A stretch of 64,000 nt of DNA from Lewinellaceae bacterium (lineage in GTDB: Bacteria > Bacteroidota > Bacteroidia > Chitinophagales > Saprospiraceae): the NCBI GenBank assembly GCA_024644235.1, contig JAHELJ010000001.1, positions 49,556 to 113,555 of the forward strand, read 5' to 3'. The notes under the pieces were generated by a model, which had not been told where the DNA came from, made no database searches, and saw only the letters and a program-made list of their open reading frames with translations. Below, piece by piece: positions 10,009 to 18,017 of this stretch. Every line of letters begins with the position of its first letter. Within the stretch, counting starts at the first letter, position 1. Made by a program: the position numbers and the translations under genes.

Positions 10009-10431
10009 TCAATAGACGCCTGTTCCTCTAGCCAGCCACCAAGGATGTACTTCGATTTCGAGCAGACCTGCCTTTACGGCCGGGTCTTCACCAGCGAGCC
10101 GTTCTGCTTCTTCTTGATTAGGTACTCGGTAGACAGTAGCGCCTCTGATATTGCCATCATCACCAAAAGGACCATTCATACAAATGATTCCTTTCTTAAA
10201 AAGTGATCCGAGATAATCCAGATGGCCTTTCTGGATCATCTGCACATCGAGATCCTCCGAAGGGGCAGTCCCTCTTTTTAGAAAGACCAGAAAGTACTTC
10301 TGCATAATGTAAATGGAATCTTCACTCTTGTATTCAAAAGTTTCAAAAGCAGCCGCACTGTCTGAAGATTCCTGGCCGAAAGAAAGTTGAATGATGGAAA
10401 GGAACCAGATGATGAATAGTATATATCTCAT
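10009..10431 (-). CDS. YciI-like (Dabb-fold) protein carrying an N-terminal signal peptide
   Basis: Signal peptide MRYILFIIWFLSIIQLSFGQ; YciI-like core with HLDYLGSL...GPFGDDG...EDPAVKAGLLEIEVHPW; 140 aa; last gene of a tight three-gene minus-strand operon. Confidence 0.55.
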   Translation of the reverse strand: MRYILFIIWFLSIIQLSFGQESSDSAAAFETFEYKSEDSIYIMQKYFLVFLKRGTAPSEDLDVQMIQKGHLDYLGSLFKKGIICMNGPFGDDGNIRGATVYRVPNQEEAERLAGEDPAVKAGLLEIEVHPWWLARGTGVY

Positions 10432-10438
10432 GTAGCGC

Positions 10439-11182
10439 TTATTTTCTCTGCTTCAATCGGCGGTTCCATTGAACCTCTTTCACCAGGCCGTCATTTCTCA
10501 AGCTGTCCAATAACGCTGATTTTTTGTCATCCTCTACGACCGTCACAAAAAGGTAAATTTCGTGATTTGGTCCCAGTCTCCTTACCAGGCTAAGTTCATA
10601 TTCCTCATATTTCTTCAAAAGGACATCTAAATCACTAGCAGAATGAAGTTCGATAATTAATTCACTAGTGTCGCTTACCGACTTGCGGGCAGCTCCCCTT
10701 ATCCAGGCTCGGGCATCGGCAAGTTCCTGTAGCTTTCTCTGCATCATGAGGAAAGCGGGCGGGGCGTCCCCCCTGCATTGTACCTTCCTGGACTTTCCAT
10801 CCATATTCATGAAAATGGAAGTGGTGGGAGCATCCATGATGGGCTCCAGGTAGGCAGAATCAAGGTCATGAAAACGCGATCGATGCATGACACTCAGCAA
10901 CGATTGCCATTCGGAGCTTGAGAGAGTATCTACAACTTCTCCAATGACCTGGGTGTGGGCAATACCATTAAAGTTGAATGTGCGATCAGAAAAGATGACC
11001 GCCTGATAAACCGGGCAGCGACCGAGGCATCCACTGGTTTCGATCGCGGCGACTATATGAACAGAGTCCCCAGTTGTACTTGCCTCAGATGTGGTCTTGC
11101 AACCAGCAAGGCTCAGCAAAGTCGCTATGTACAAAAGATGTTGCATTCCGGTAAATTGGCTTAGTTGCGACCAATTTACCAT
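10439..11182 (-). CDS. lipoprotein of unknown function with conserved CxGxCPxY motif (DUF6438-like N-domain)
   Basis: Lipobox LSLAGC; motif SGCLGRCPVYQAVIF; 247 aa; 7 nt upstream of the YciI-like gene and 23 nt downstream of the OmpA-coiled-coil gene. Confidence 0.4.
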   Translation of the reverse strand: MVNWSQLSQFTGMQHLLYIATLLSLAGCKTTSEASTTGDSVHIVAAIETSGCLGRCPVYQAVIFSDRTFNFNGIAHTQVIGEVVDTLSSSEWQSLLSVMHRSRFHDLDSAYLEPIMDAPTTSIFMNMDGKSRKVQCRGDAPPAFLMMQRKLQELADARAWIRGAARKSVSDTSELIIELHSASDLDVLLKKYEEYELSLVRRLGPNHEIYLFVTVVEDDKKSALLDSLRNDGLVKEVQWNRRLKQRK

Positions 11183-11205
11183 TTCCCAAACAGGCCGGCA
11201 GCACT

Positions 11206-12186
11206 TTAAGAGTTAATCAACTCATAAAGTGCATCGAGATCTGGCGAAAGTATGATTTCGGTGCGCCGGTTGATTGATTTATTAGCTTCTGTGTCGTTCT
11301 GCACTTTTGGATCGAAGAAGGATCTACCTGAAGCTGTGATTTGATAGCCATCCAACCCGGCTCCACTAAGCTCCTTCACTACGGCAGTAGCCCTGGTGAC
11401 GCTTAGATCCCAGTTTCTGGCTTCTGATCCGTCTGTATCGGTGTGGCCTTCCACATTAATACGGATGTCAGGATGGCTTTTGAGCACTCCTGCCAGCTTG
11501 CGGATGGCATCCCGGCCAGCCTGGTCGATGACATTACTTCCCTTAGCAAAGAGCAGATTCTGACTCAATGAGACATAGACTTTGCCGTTGCGTTCGCTGA
11601 TAGTGAGGTCAGAGGCGGAAAAGCCCCTCAAGGCATCATTGACTTTGGCGCGGATCGCCTGCATGACTGAATCCTTTTCGTGCAAACTACGGGTCAGTTC
11701 AAGAAGTTTTCGCTCACGAATCCTTACATCTTCTTGCAGAGTAGCAAGATTCTCTTGCTGAGAATTCAAGCGCATCTCCATCAGCCTAAGTTCTTTCTCT
11801 TTTTGATCCAGTTCACTTTGTTTTGTTGATAATTCCTCAGCCAGCACTGCTTTCTCTTCAGAAGTGGTGTTGAGTATCGACCGACTCTGTTGCATCAGTT
11901 CGTCATACTGTTTCTGCATATCAGCATGAGCACTTTGCAGGCCTTCCAGCTGAGATTTCGTTTTGGAAAGTTCAGACTCTGTTGCCGAAAGGCGGGCGGC
12001 TTTCTCCTCCAAATCAGCTATAAGTTGATTATTGGCAGCAATGACCTGTTGCATTTCCATCTTCTCTTTCTCCAATTGGCGTTTTTCATAAGCCAAGGCA
12101 TCAAATTTCTTGGTGGAAACACATGAGATGACCATTGGAATAAACAAAGCAAGGACTACTGACAACCAGAAAGTTTTCATTATCAA
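11206..12186 (-). CDS. OmpA-family lipoprotein with long coiled-coil and C-terminal OmpA_C peptidoglycan-binding domain
   Basis: Lipobox VISC; roughly 150-aa heptad-rich Q/E/K/L segment; OmpA_C motifs NxxLSxxRA (RNWDLSVTRATAV) and NRRTEI; 326 aa. Confidence 0.75.
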   Translation of the reverse strand: MIMKTFWLSVVLALFIPMVISCVSTKKFDALAYEKRQLEKEKMEMQQVIAANNQLIADLEEKAARLSATESELSKTKSQLEGLQSAHADMQKQYDELMQQSRSILNTTSEEKAVLAEELSTKQSELDQKEKELRLMEMRLNSQQENLATLQEDVRIRERKLLELTRSLHEKDSVMQAIRAKVNDALRGFSASDLTISERNGKVYVSLSQNLLFAKGSNVIDQAGRDAIRKLAGVLKSHPDIRINVEGHTDTDGSEARNWDLSVTRATAVVKELSGAGLDGYQITASGRSFFDPKVQNDTEANKSINRRTEIILSPDLDALYELINS

Positions 12187-12291
12187 TGAATTTTGATCCA
12201 GGCAAAATTACCATTCTGACACATAAGAAGAAAGTATCATATATATCGATGTAAAAGAACTTATCTACTTTCAAACCCAGGTGCTACCATA

Positions 12292-13011
12292 ATGGTGAGC
12301 AGTTGCATTAAATATATCTCTAATATTTTCAATAATTTGGCACTCATAACCAACCCCGAGTTTGTGACGGAGAACGAAAATCCCTGCATTCATTTTTATT
12401 ACTTGCTAGTATTCCTCGTTGGGTTTATTTTGCTATCAGCATGCAATCAGCCAGAGGGCACTTCGAGCCGGACTGCTCTCGCCATGCATACTCCTTATGA
12501 AGATGGCCATTTTCAGGTGATGGTTGAGGTGCCAGTGGGAAGTAACATCATCACCAGCTACAATTTGGATGCCCAGAAAATTGACACGCTGATCCAGGAC
12601 AGTCTCCCTCTTTTACTCGAGTATCTTCCTTATCCAGTGAATCAGGGATTCATCGCCACAACTGCGGCAGATTCCTCATTTCAGAAAACCATTGTCTGGA
12701 TCTTGGGACGACAGATCAAACCCGGTCAGGTGATTCAATCCCTGCCTCTAGCCATGATGCAGTATGAAGACTCTGGAGAGGAACATATTGAATTCCTGAT
12801 GATCCCCCGGTCCAGAGATCTGCGAACGGTAAACGTAGAGAAGTTCAGGGACCTGATTATCGAATACGATCCTGTCAAATACAATATTGAACATTGGTTG
12901 AGAAACAGGTACGAAATCGGGCGGATCAGCTCGTTCGTGTGGAAGGATGAAGCCGAAGCCCGGGAAGCGTTGATGGCTTTGATCAACCAATCCGACCCTC
13001 CACCGTTATAG
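12292..13011 (+). CDS. family-I inorganic-pyrophosphatase-like lipoprotein with degenerate active site (putative pseudoenzyme)
   Basis: Lipobox LLSAC. The mature region aligns along its whole length with soluble family-I PPase (EVPVGS, YPVNQGF, PGQVI...YEDSGEE...LMIP, HW..RY), but the metal-binding Asp cluster D-x-D-x-x-D reads AADSSFQK and K29/E31/Y55 equivalents are replaced. The true start may be an internal TTG near 12403, which would give a normal-length signal peptide. Confidence 0.4.
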   Translation: MVSSCIKYISNIFNNLALITNPEFVTENENPCIHFYYLLVFLVGFILLSACNQPEGTSSRTALAMHTPYEDGHFQVMVEVPVGSNIITSYNLDAQKIDTLIQDSLPLLLEYLPYPVNQGFIATTAADSSFQKTIVWILGRQIKPGQVIQSLPLAMMQYEDSGEEHIEFLMIPRSRDLRTVNVEKFRDLIIEYDPVKYNIEHWLRNRYEIGRISSFVWKDEAEAREALMALINQSDPPPL

Positions 13012-13034
13012 ATAAGTTCGAGAAGATTTAAAGT

Positions 13035-14225
13035 TTGCATCACTCAGGAAATCGCAGCAGGCTGAAAGATGGCATCACATTCGTTAAATATGATAGCCTG
13101 GTTACTAGCAGTAGTCTCTGGGATACCCTGGTGACCAACCCCTTCCTTAAGAGCTCTTACCTTAGCATTGTTGAAGAATCCGTGCATACGGCAATGGATT
13201 TCAGATATCTCCTCTTCTTTCGAAATGATAGACCTTTGGGAGTTGCTTATTTTCAAATCTACCCTTATTCCACCCGCTACAGTTTCAAATCATTGCGTGA
13301 ATCCCAGGGTCGATCTTTGCCAGACCGGCTGAAAGGCTGGCTGGCAGACAAGGTAAAAATGCATGCTTTAGTTTGTGGTAATCTCATGATCACCGGGGAG
13401 CATGGGTTTGAATTTCAGCCTGACATTTCTTATGAGGATCGGATCAGATTAGTGCTGGGAGCAATGGAGAAGGTGTTCTCGGATCTGAAGTATGAATATC
13501 CTTCCCTTCACCTATACTTCATCAAAGAACTGTCGCAACTAAGCGACAAATATTCCAGCGATATGCTGCAGCAGAATGGATTTTACCGGTTCCAGGTACA
13601 GCCGAGTATGATGATGAAATTCGACCGGAACTGGAAAGCACCTGACGATTATCTGCTTGATCTCAAATCTAAATATCGCCTGCGAATGCGGAAAGCCCGT
13701 GAAAGGGCAAGGGATCTTATCTCACGGAAATTGAATTTGGAGGAAATCACAAAAGCGGAATCAACTATACACTCACTGTTCCAGGAAGTAGTGGACGATG
13801 CTGATTTCCATATGGTCGATCTGAAAGCAGGGTACTTTGCCCGGCTCAAGAAAGGATTGGAGGCTCAGTTTCAATTTCAAGCTTATTATGAAGAAGATGA
13901 GATGATCGGGTTTATTTCCTATCTGGTCGATGATGGTAGGCTATTTGCTCACTTCACAGGCTTCAGGAGGGATCTTAACACTGCCTATGATCTCTATTTA
14001 AATATATTGCTTGATTTGATCAATATCGCTATTCTTGAAGGGCATCAAGAAATTGATTTCTCGCGAACAGCTATGGAAATCAAAAGTTCGGTGGGAGCTA
14101 TTCCCCAAGACATGTACGGTTTTCTAAAGCATGACCAGTTTATACCTAACTTTTTGCTTGGAAAGATTTTCCGGTATTTCTATCCCGGGGAGGACTGGCA
14201 GCAGCGGCGACCTCTCAAGAATTAA
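13035..14225 (+). CDS. FemAB-like / GNAT-fold protein (COG3146/DUF482-type, peptidoglycan biosynthesis/recognition family)
   Basis: 396 aa; N-terminal W..L....PF...YL...EES pattern and length typical of the roughly 390-aa FemAB-like family; 24 nt downstream of the PPase-like gene on the same strand. Assignment by pattern memory only. Confidence 0.4.
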   Translation: MHHSGNRSRLKDGITFVKYDSLVTSSSLWDTLVTNPFLKSSYLSIVEESVHTAMDFRYLLFFRNDRPLGVAYFQIYPYSTRYSFKSLRESQGRSLPDRLKGWLADKVKMHALVCGNLMITGEHGFEFQPDISYEDRIRLVLGAMEKVFSDLKYEYPSLHLYFIKELSQLSDKYSSDMLQQNGFYRFQVQPSMMMKFDRNWKAPDDYLLDLKSKYRLRMRKARERARDLISRKLNLEEITKAESTIHSLFQEVVDDADFHMVDLKAGYFARLKKGLEAQFQFQAYYEEDEMIGFISYLVDDGRLFAHFTGFRRDLNTAYDLYLNILLDLINIAILEGHQEIDFSRTAMEIKSSVGAIPQDMYGFLKHDQFIPNFLLGKIFRYFYPGEDWQQRRPLKN

Positions 14226-14620
14226 TTCACGCTGTCTGCGGGTGGTTGAATCTTCAACGGAGTGGCTCCTGATTTGCTGCTGATGAGAGTTACTTTTTCT
14301 CTTCCTTCTTCGATGTTTTTCCAGTTCTGCGAAGCGTAAGCAGCATGTACATTTCCCACTTGCTCATAAACTGAGGCGGTGGAGAGATTGTCGACCTTCA
14401 AATCCTGCATATCAAGTTGCTCGGTCGAAGAAATGGTGAGCATCCACGTGGTGACAATGATGAAAGTGGCTGCCATTGCTAACGCACCTGCCAGAGTACT
14501 GATTGAGATCTTTCCCTTATCCTGATCCAATCGGCTTTCCAAACGCCGCCATACTCTCCGGTTAGGTTCCACCCGGTAGTTTCTGGCTTGTCGACGTATC
14601 TCGTTCAGATTCCTATCCAT
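14222..14620 (-). CDS. putative anti-sigma factor (single-pass membrane protein) cognate to the upstream ECF sigma factor
   Basis: 132 aa immediately (4 nt) downstream of the ECF sigma gene on the same strand; basic N-terminal cytoplasmic segment, one TM helix (LAGALAMAATFIIVTTWML), short extracytoplasmic tail. No zinc-finger anti-sigma motif, so the call rests mainly on position. Confidence 0.4.
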   Translation of the reverse strand: MDRNLNEIRRQARNYRVEPNRRVWRRLESRLDQDKGKISISTLAGALAMAATFIIVTTWMLTISSTEQLDMQDLKVDNLSTASVYEQVGNVHAAYASQNWKNIEEGREKVTLISSKSGATPLKIQPPADSVN

Positions 14621-14624
14621 TTTA

Positions 14625-15164
14625 TCAGCTTGCTCTAGTTACTTTGTTTTTTTTTATCAGTTGACTCAGCTTTCGCTTAGCCTGGATCAACTGTGATTTC
14701 GATGTATTTATGCTAATGCCCAGTTGCTCTGCAATTTCGCGGTGTTTGTATCCCTCGATGACATATAGATTGAAAACTGTACGATACCCTGCCGGTAGTT
14801 GTTCCAAAAGTTTCATTACATCCTGTTCAAACAGCAGCTCTTCCACGTTGGGGCTATGCTCTACAAATATGTCATTCAATTCCGCCCTCAGGTACAGGTT
14901 TTTATTCTTTCTCAAAAACATCAGCGATTCATTTATGGCAATCCGCTTCATCCAACCTTCGAAACTTCCTTTAAACCCATACTGACCTATGTTGCTGTAG
15001 ATCTTATAAAATGTTTCGAGCAATACATCCTCGGCATCTTCATTCTGTCTGATATATCGTCGGCAGATACCAAAAAGAACGGGAGCATATCTGTCGTAAA
15101 GCATCTTCTGAGCTTTACGCTTTTTCGCCTTACAGCCTTTTATGATCTCCCTTTCAGTCATCAA
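14625..15164 (-). CDS. RNA polymerase ECF-type sigma-70 factor
   Basis: Region 2 (LLETFYKIYSNIGQY) and region 4 HTH (YRTVFNLYVIEGYKHREIAEQLGISINTSKSQLIQAKRKL); 179 aa. Confidence 0.85.
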   Translation of the reverse strand: MMTEREIIKGCKAKKRKAQKMLYDRYAPVLFGICRRYIRQNEDAEDVLLETFYKIYSNIGQYGFKGSFEGWMKRIAINESLMFLRKNKNLYLRAELNDIFVEHSPNVEELLFEQDVMKLLEQLPAGYRTVFNLYVIEGYKHREIAEQLGISINTSKSQLIQAKRKLSQLIKKNKVTRAS

Positions 15165-15279
15165 GAATTAAAACGGAAAAAGATGTTCCTCAGTTTCACT
15201 TGAATATTTCTAAGATGCTGGCTTCAACAAAATTGGTGTATGTATCTTAGCGGCCAAGATTGAAAAGTCGTACAAAAAG

Positions 15280-17934
15280 ATGACCAAAATTAGCAGCCGC
15301 TACAGTCCTGAGGCAGTCGAATCTAAATGGTACAAGCACTGGTTGGAGAAGGGCTATTTTCGCTCTAGTCCGGATGATAGACATCCTTATACGATAGTCA
15401 TTCCTCCTCCAAATGTTACCGGGGTGCTGCATATGGGCCATATGCTGAACAATACCGTTCAAGATACATTGATTCGAAAGGCCCGGCTTGATGGGATGAA
15501 TGCTTGTTGGGTGCCGGGAATGGATCATGCATCAATTGCTACCGAAGCCAAAGTGGTGCGATGGTTGCGTGAGGAAAAAAAGCTGAAGAAGTCGGAGGTG
15601 GGACGAGACAGGTTTGTCGAGTATGCCTGGGAGTGGACGGACAAGTACGGAGGCATCATCCTCAATCAACTTAAAAGGCTGGGTGCTTCATGTGACTGGT
15701 CGAGGGAGGCTTTCACTATGGATGAAGTGCGTTCGAAGCAGGTCATCAAGGTGTTTGTTGATCTTTATCGGAAAGGAAAGCTTTATCGCGATTGGCGGAT
15801 GGTGAACTGGGATCCTCAGGCGCGCACTGTACTCAGCAATGAGGAAGTGATTTATCGGGAGGAGCAGACTAATCTATATCATGTCAAGTACCGGATCGAC
15901 GGGCCAGAAGATGATTGGGTGACCATTGCAACAACTCGACCGGAGACCATCCTGGGTGATACGGCCATTGCTGTTCATCCTGATGATGAGCGTTACCAAA
16001 ATTTGAAAGGGAAACATGCCATCGTACCTCTGGTCGAAAGAAGAATACCGATCATATTTGATGATTATGTAGATCGCAGCTTCGGCACCGGAGCATTGAA
16101 GGTGACTCCTGCACATGACACAAACGACTACGAAATAGGCAAGCGACATGAGCTGGAGGTGGTGGACGTATTTACCGAGGATGGCCGGATGAGCGAAGCG
16201 GCAGAGCATTTTATTGGAGATAATCTTTTCACTGCCCGGAAAAAGATGGTGACCTATCTTAAGGAGCAGGGTCAATTGGTGAAGTTGGAACCCTATACAC
16301 ACAGTGTCGGCAGATCTGAACGCACGGATGCAGTAGTGGAACCGCGTCTGTCCTTGCAGTGGTATGTGAAGATGAAGCCACTGGCTCAACCTGCCCTGGG
16401 AGCCGTGATGTCGGATGAAGTGGAGTTCTTCCCCAAGAATATGAAGAACACCTATCGTCATTGGATGGAGAACATCCGTGACTGGTGTATTTCCCGACAA
16501 CTTTGGTGGGGGCACCGGATCCCGGCATACTACATCGACGACGAGATTTTTGTCGCCGAAACTGCCGAGGAGGCCCTGGCAGAGGCCCAAAATCAGCTGG
16601 AAAAGCCACAGCTGACTCTGGCAGATCTAAAGCAAGACGAGGACGTACTTGACACCTGGTTTAGTTCCTGGCTCTGGCCATTTAGTGTATTCGATGGGAT
16701 GGAAAGTAACAAAGACATCGAATACTACTATCCTACCAGTGTATTAGTGACTGGATGGGACATCATATTCCTGTGGGTTGCCCGGATGATCATGAGCGGA
16801 TATGAATGGAAAGGGGAGCGCCCCTTTGATCACGTCTACTTTACCGGGATGGTGCGTGACAAGCAAAGACGCAAGATGAGCAAATCTCTGGGTAACTCTC
16901 CGGATGCGATCGGACTGATCGACAACTATGGGGCTGACGGAGTAAGATTTGGGATGCTGTCGTGTTCACCGGCTGGTGGGGACTTGCTGTTCGATGAGAA
17001 ACTTTGCGAGCAGGGACGAAACTTCTGCAATAAGATTTGGAATGCCATGCGGCTGGTGAAAGGCTGGGAGGCTACAGCAGTAGAAGAACAGTTTTCAACT
17101 CCTGGAGAAAAGGTGGCCATGGACTGGCTACATCACAAGATGCAGCAGGTAATAGAACAGATCACTGATGATTTTCAGAATTACCGACTGTCAGATGCAT
17201 TGATGAACCTTTACAGCTTCATCTGGAATGACTTCTGCAGCTGGTATCTCGAAATGATCAAACCCAAAGGGGAAGATCCGCTGAGTAAAGAAACCTGCAC
17301 GGTTACAATAGCAACTTTTGAAGAACTGATGAGCCTGCTACATCCCTTTATGCCATTCATCACCGAGGAAGTGTGGCATCAGCTCCGCAAGAGAAATGAC
17401 GGAGATGACTGTGTGATCTCAGAATTTCCGATAGCTGATGAGTTTGAAGAAGAACGCATTAGAGACATAGACTTTTTGAAAGACATCATTTCCAAAGTAC
17501 GCGACATACGAAATAAGAATGGATTGAAAGTACGTGATGAGTTGGATTTGATTGTGCTGGAGGGCGGAGATGCAGAGCGGGTATTATTTGATGAAGGGAT
17601 CAACCACCTGGCGCTGAAACTCGGATATCTCAATAGCTTGAAGACAACAAGATCCGCTCCCCAGCAGGGAAATGTTCTGTCATTTGTTGCGGGTGCAGAC
17701 AAGTTCTATATCCCTCTTCAAAAGGAGATTGATCAGGAGGAGGAATTGCAGAACGTCAGGAAAGAATTGGATTACCAGCGGGGATTTGTAGAATCTGTCC
17801 GGAAGAAGCTGAGTAATGCCCGGTTTGTGGATAATGCTCCAGCCCAGGTGGTGGAGAAAGAGCGGCAAAAGTTGGCCGATGGTGAGAAGCGAATTGATAT
17901 GCTCGAAGAAAGCCTGAAGCGGTTACAGAATTAG
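15280..17934 (+). CDS. valS: valine--tRNA ligase
   Basis: Class-I HIGH (PPNVTGVLHMGH) and KMSKS motifs, editing domain, C-terminal coiled coil; 884 aa. Confidence 0.9.
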   Translation: MTKISSRYSPEAVESKWYKHWLEKGYFRSSPDDRHPYTIVIPPPNVTGVLHMGHMLNNTVQDTLIRKARLDGMNACWVPGMDHASIATEAKVVRWLREEKKLKKSEVGRDRFVEYAWEWTDKYGGIILNQLKRLGASCDWSREAFTMDEVRSKQVIKVFVDLYRKGKLYRDWRMVNWDPQARTVLSNEEVIYREEQTNLYHVKYRIDGPEDDWVTIATTRPETILGDTAIAVHPDDERYQNLKGKHAIVPLVERRIPIIFDDYVDRSFGTGALKVTPAHDTNDYEIGKRHELEVVDVFTEDGRMSEAAEHFIGDNLFTARKKMVTYLKEQGQLVKLEPYTHSVGRSERTDAVVEPRLSLQWYVKMKPLAQPALGAVMSDEVEFFPKNMKNTYRHWMENIRDWCISRQLWWGHRIPAYYIDDEIFVAETAEEALAEAQNQLEKPQLTLADLKQDEDVLDTWFSSWLWPFSVFDGMESNKDIEYYYPTSVLVTGWDIIFLWVARMIMSGYEWKGERPFDHVYFTGMVRDKQRRKMSKSLGNSPDAIGLIDNYGADGVRFGMLSCSPAGGDLLFDEKLCEQGRNFCNKIWNAMRLVKGWEATAVEEQFSTPGEKVAMDWLHHKMQQVIEQITDDFQNYRLSDALMNLYSFIWNDFCSWYLEMIKPKGEDPLSKETCTVTIATFEELMSLLHPFMPFITEEVWHQLRKRNDGDDCVISEFPIADEFEEERIRDIDFLKDIISKVRDIRNKNGLKVRDELDLIVLEGGDAERVLFDEGINHLALKLGYLNSLKTTRSAPQQGNVLSFVAGADKFYIPLQKEIDQEEELQNVRKELDYQRGFVESVRKKLSNARFVDNAPAQVVEKERQKLADGEKRIDMLEESLKRLQN

Positions 17935-17957
17935 CCTTTGATTTGATTCCAGAATAG

Positions 17958-17995
17958 AAAAACCTTGCCGGGAGGAAACCCTGACAAGGCTTTTC
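17958..17995. terminator. candidate bidirectional hairpin between convergent valS and the T9SS-cargo gene
   Basis: Imperfect stem aaaaaCCTTG...CAAGGcttttc with an 18-nt loop; weak. Confidence 0.25.
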
Positions 17996-18017
17996 ATTTC
18001 TTAGTCTTTGTGCCGGT

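Noticed and set aside
15874-16609. Long antisense ORFs (238 and 116 aa) inside valS
   Set aside because: They are shadow ORFs on the strand opposite a strongly supported synthetase gene. They show no domain signal and a biased Pro/Gly/His composition typical of antisense frames.
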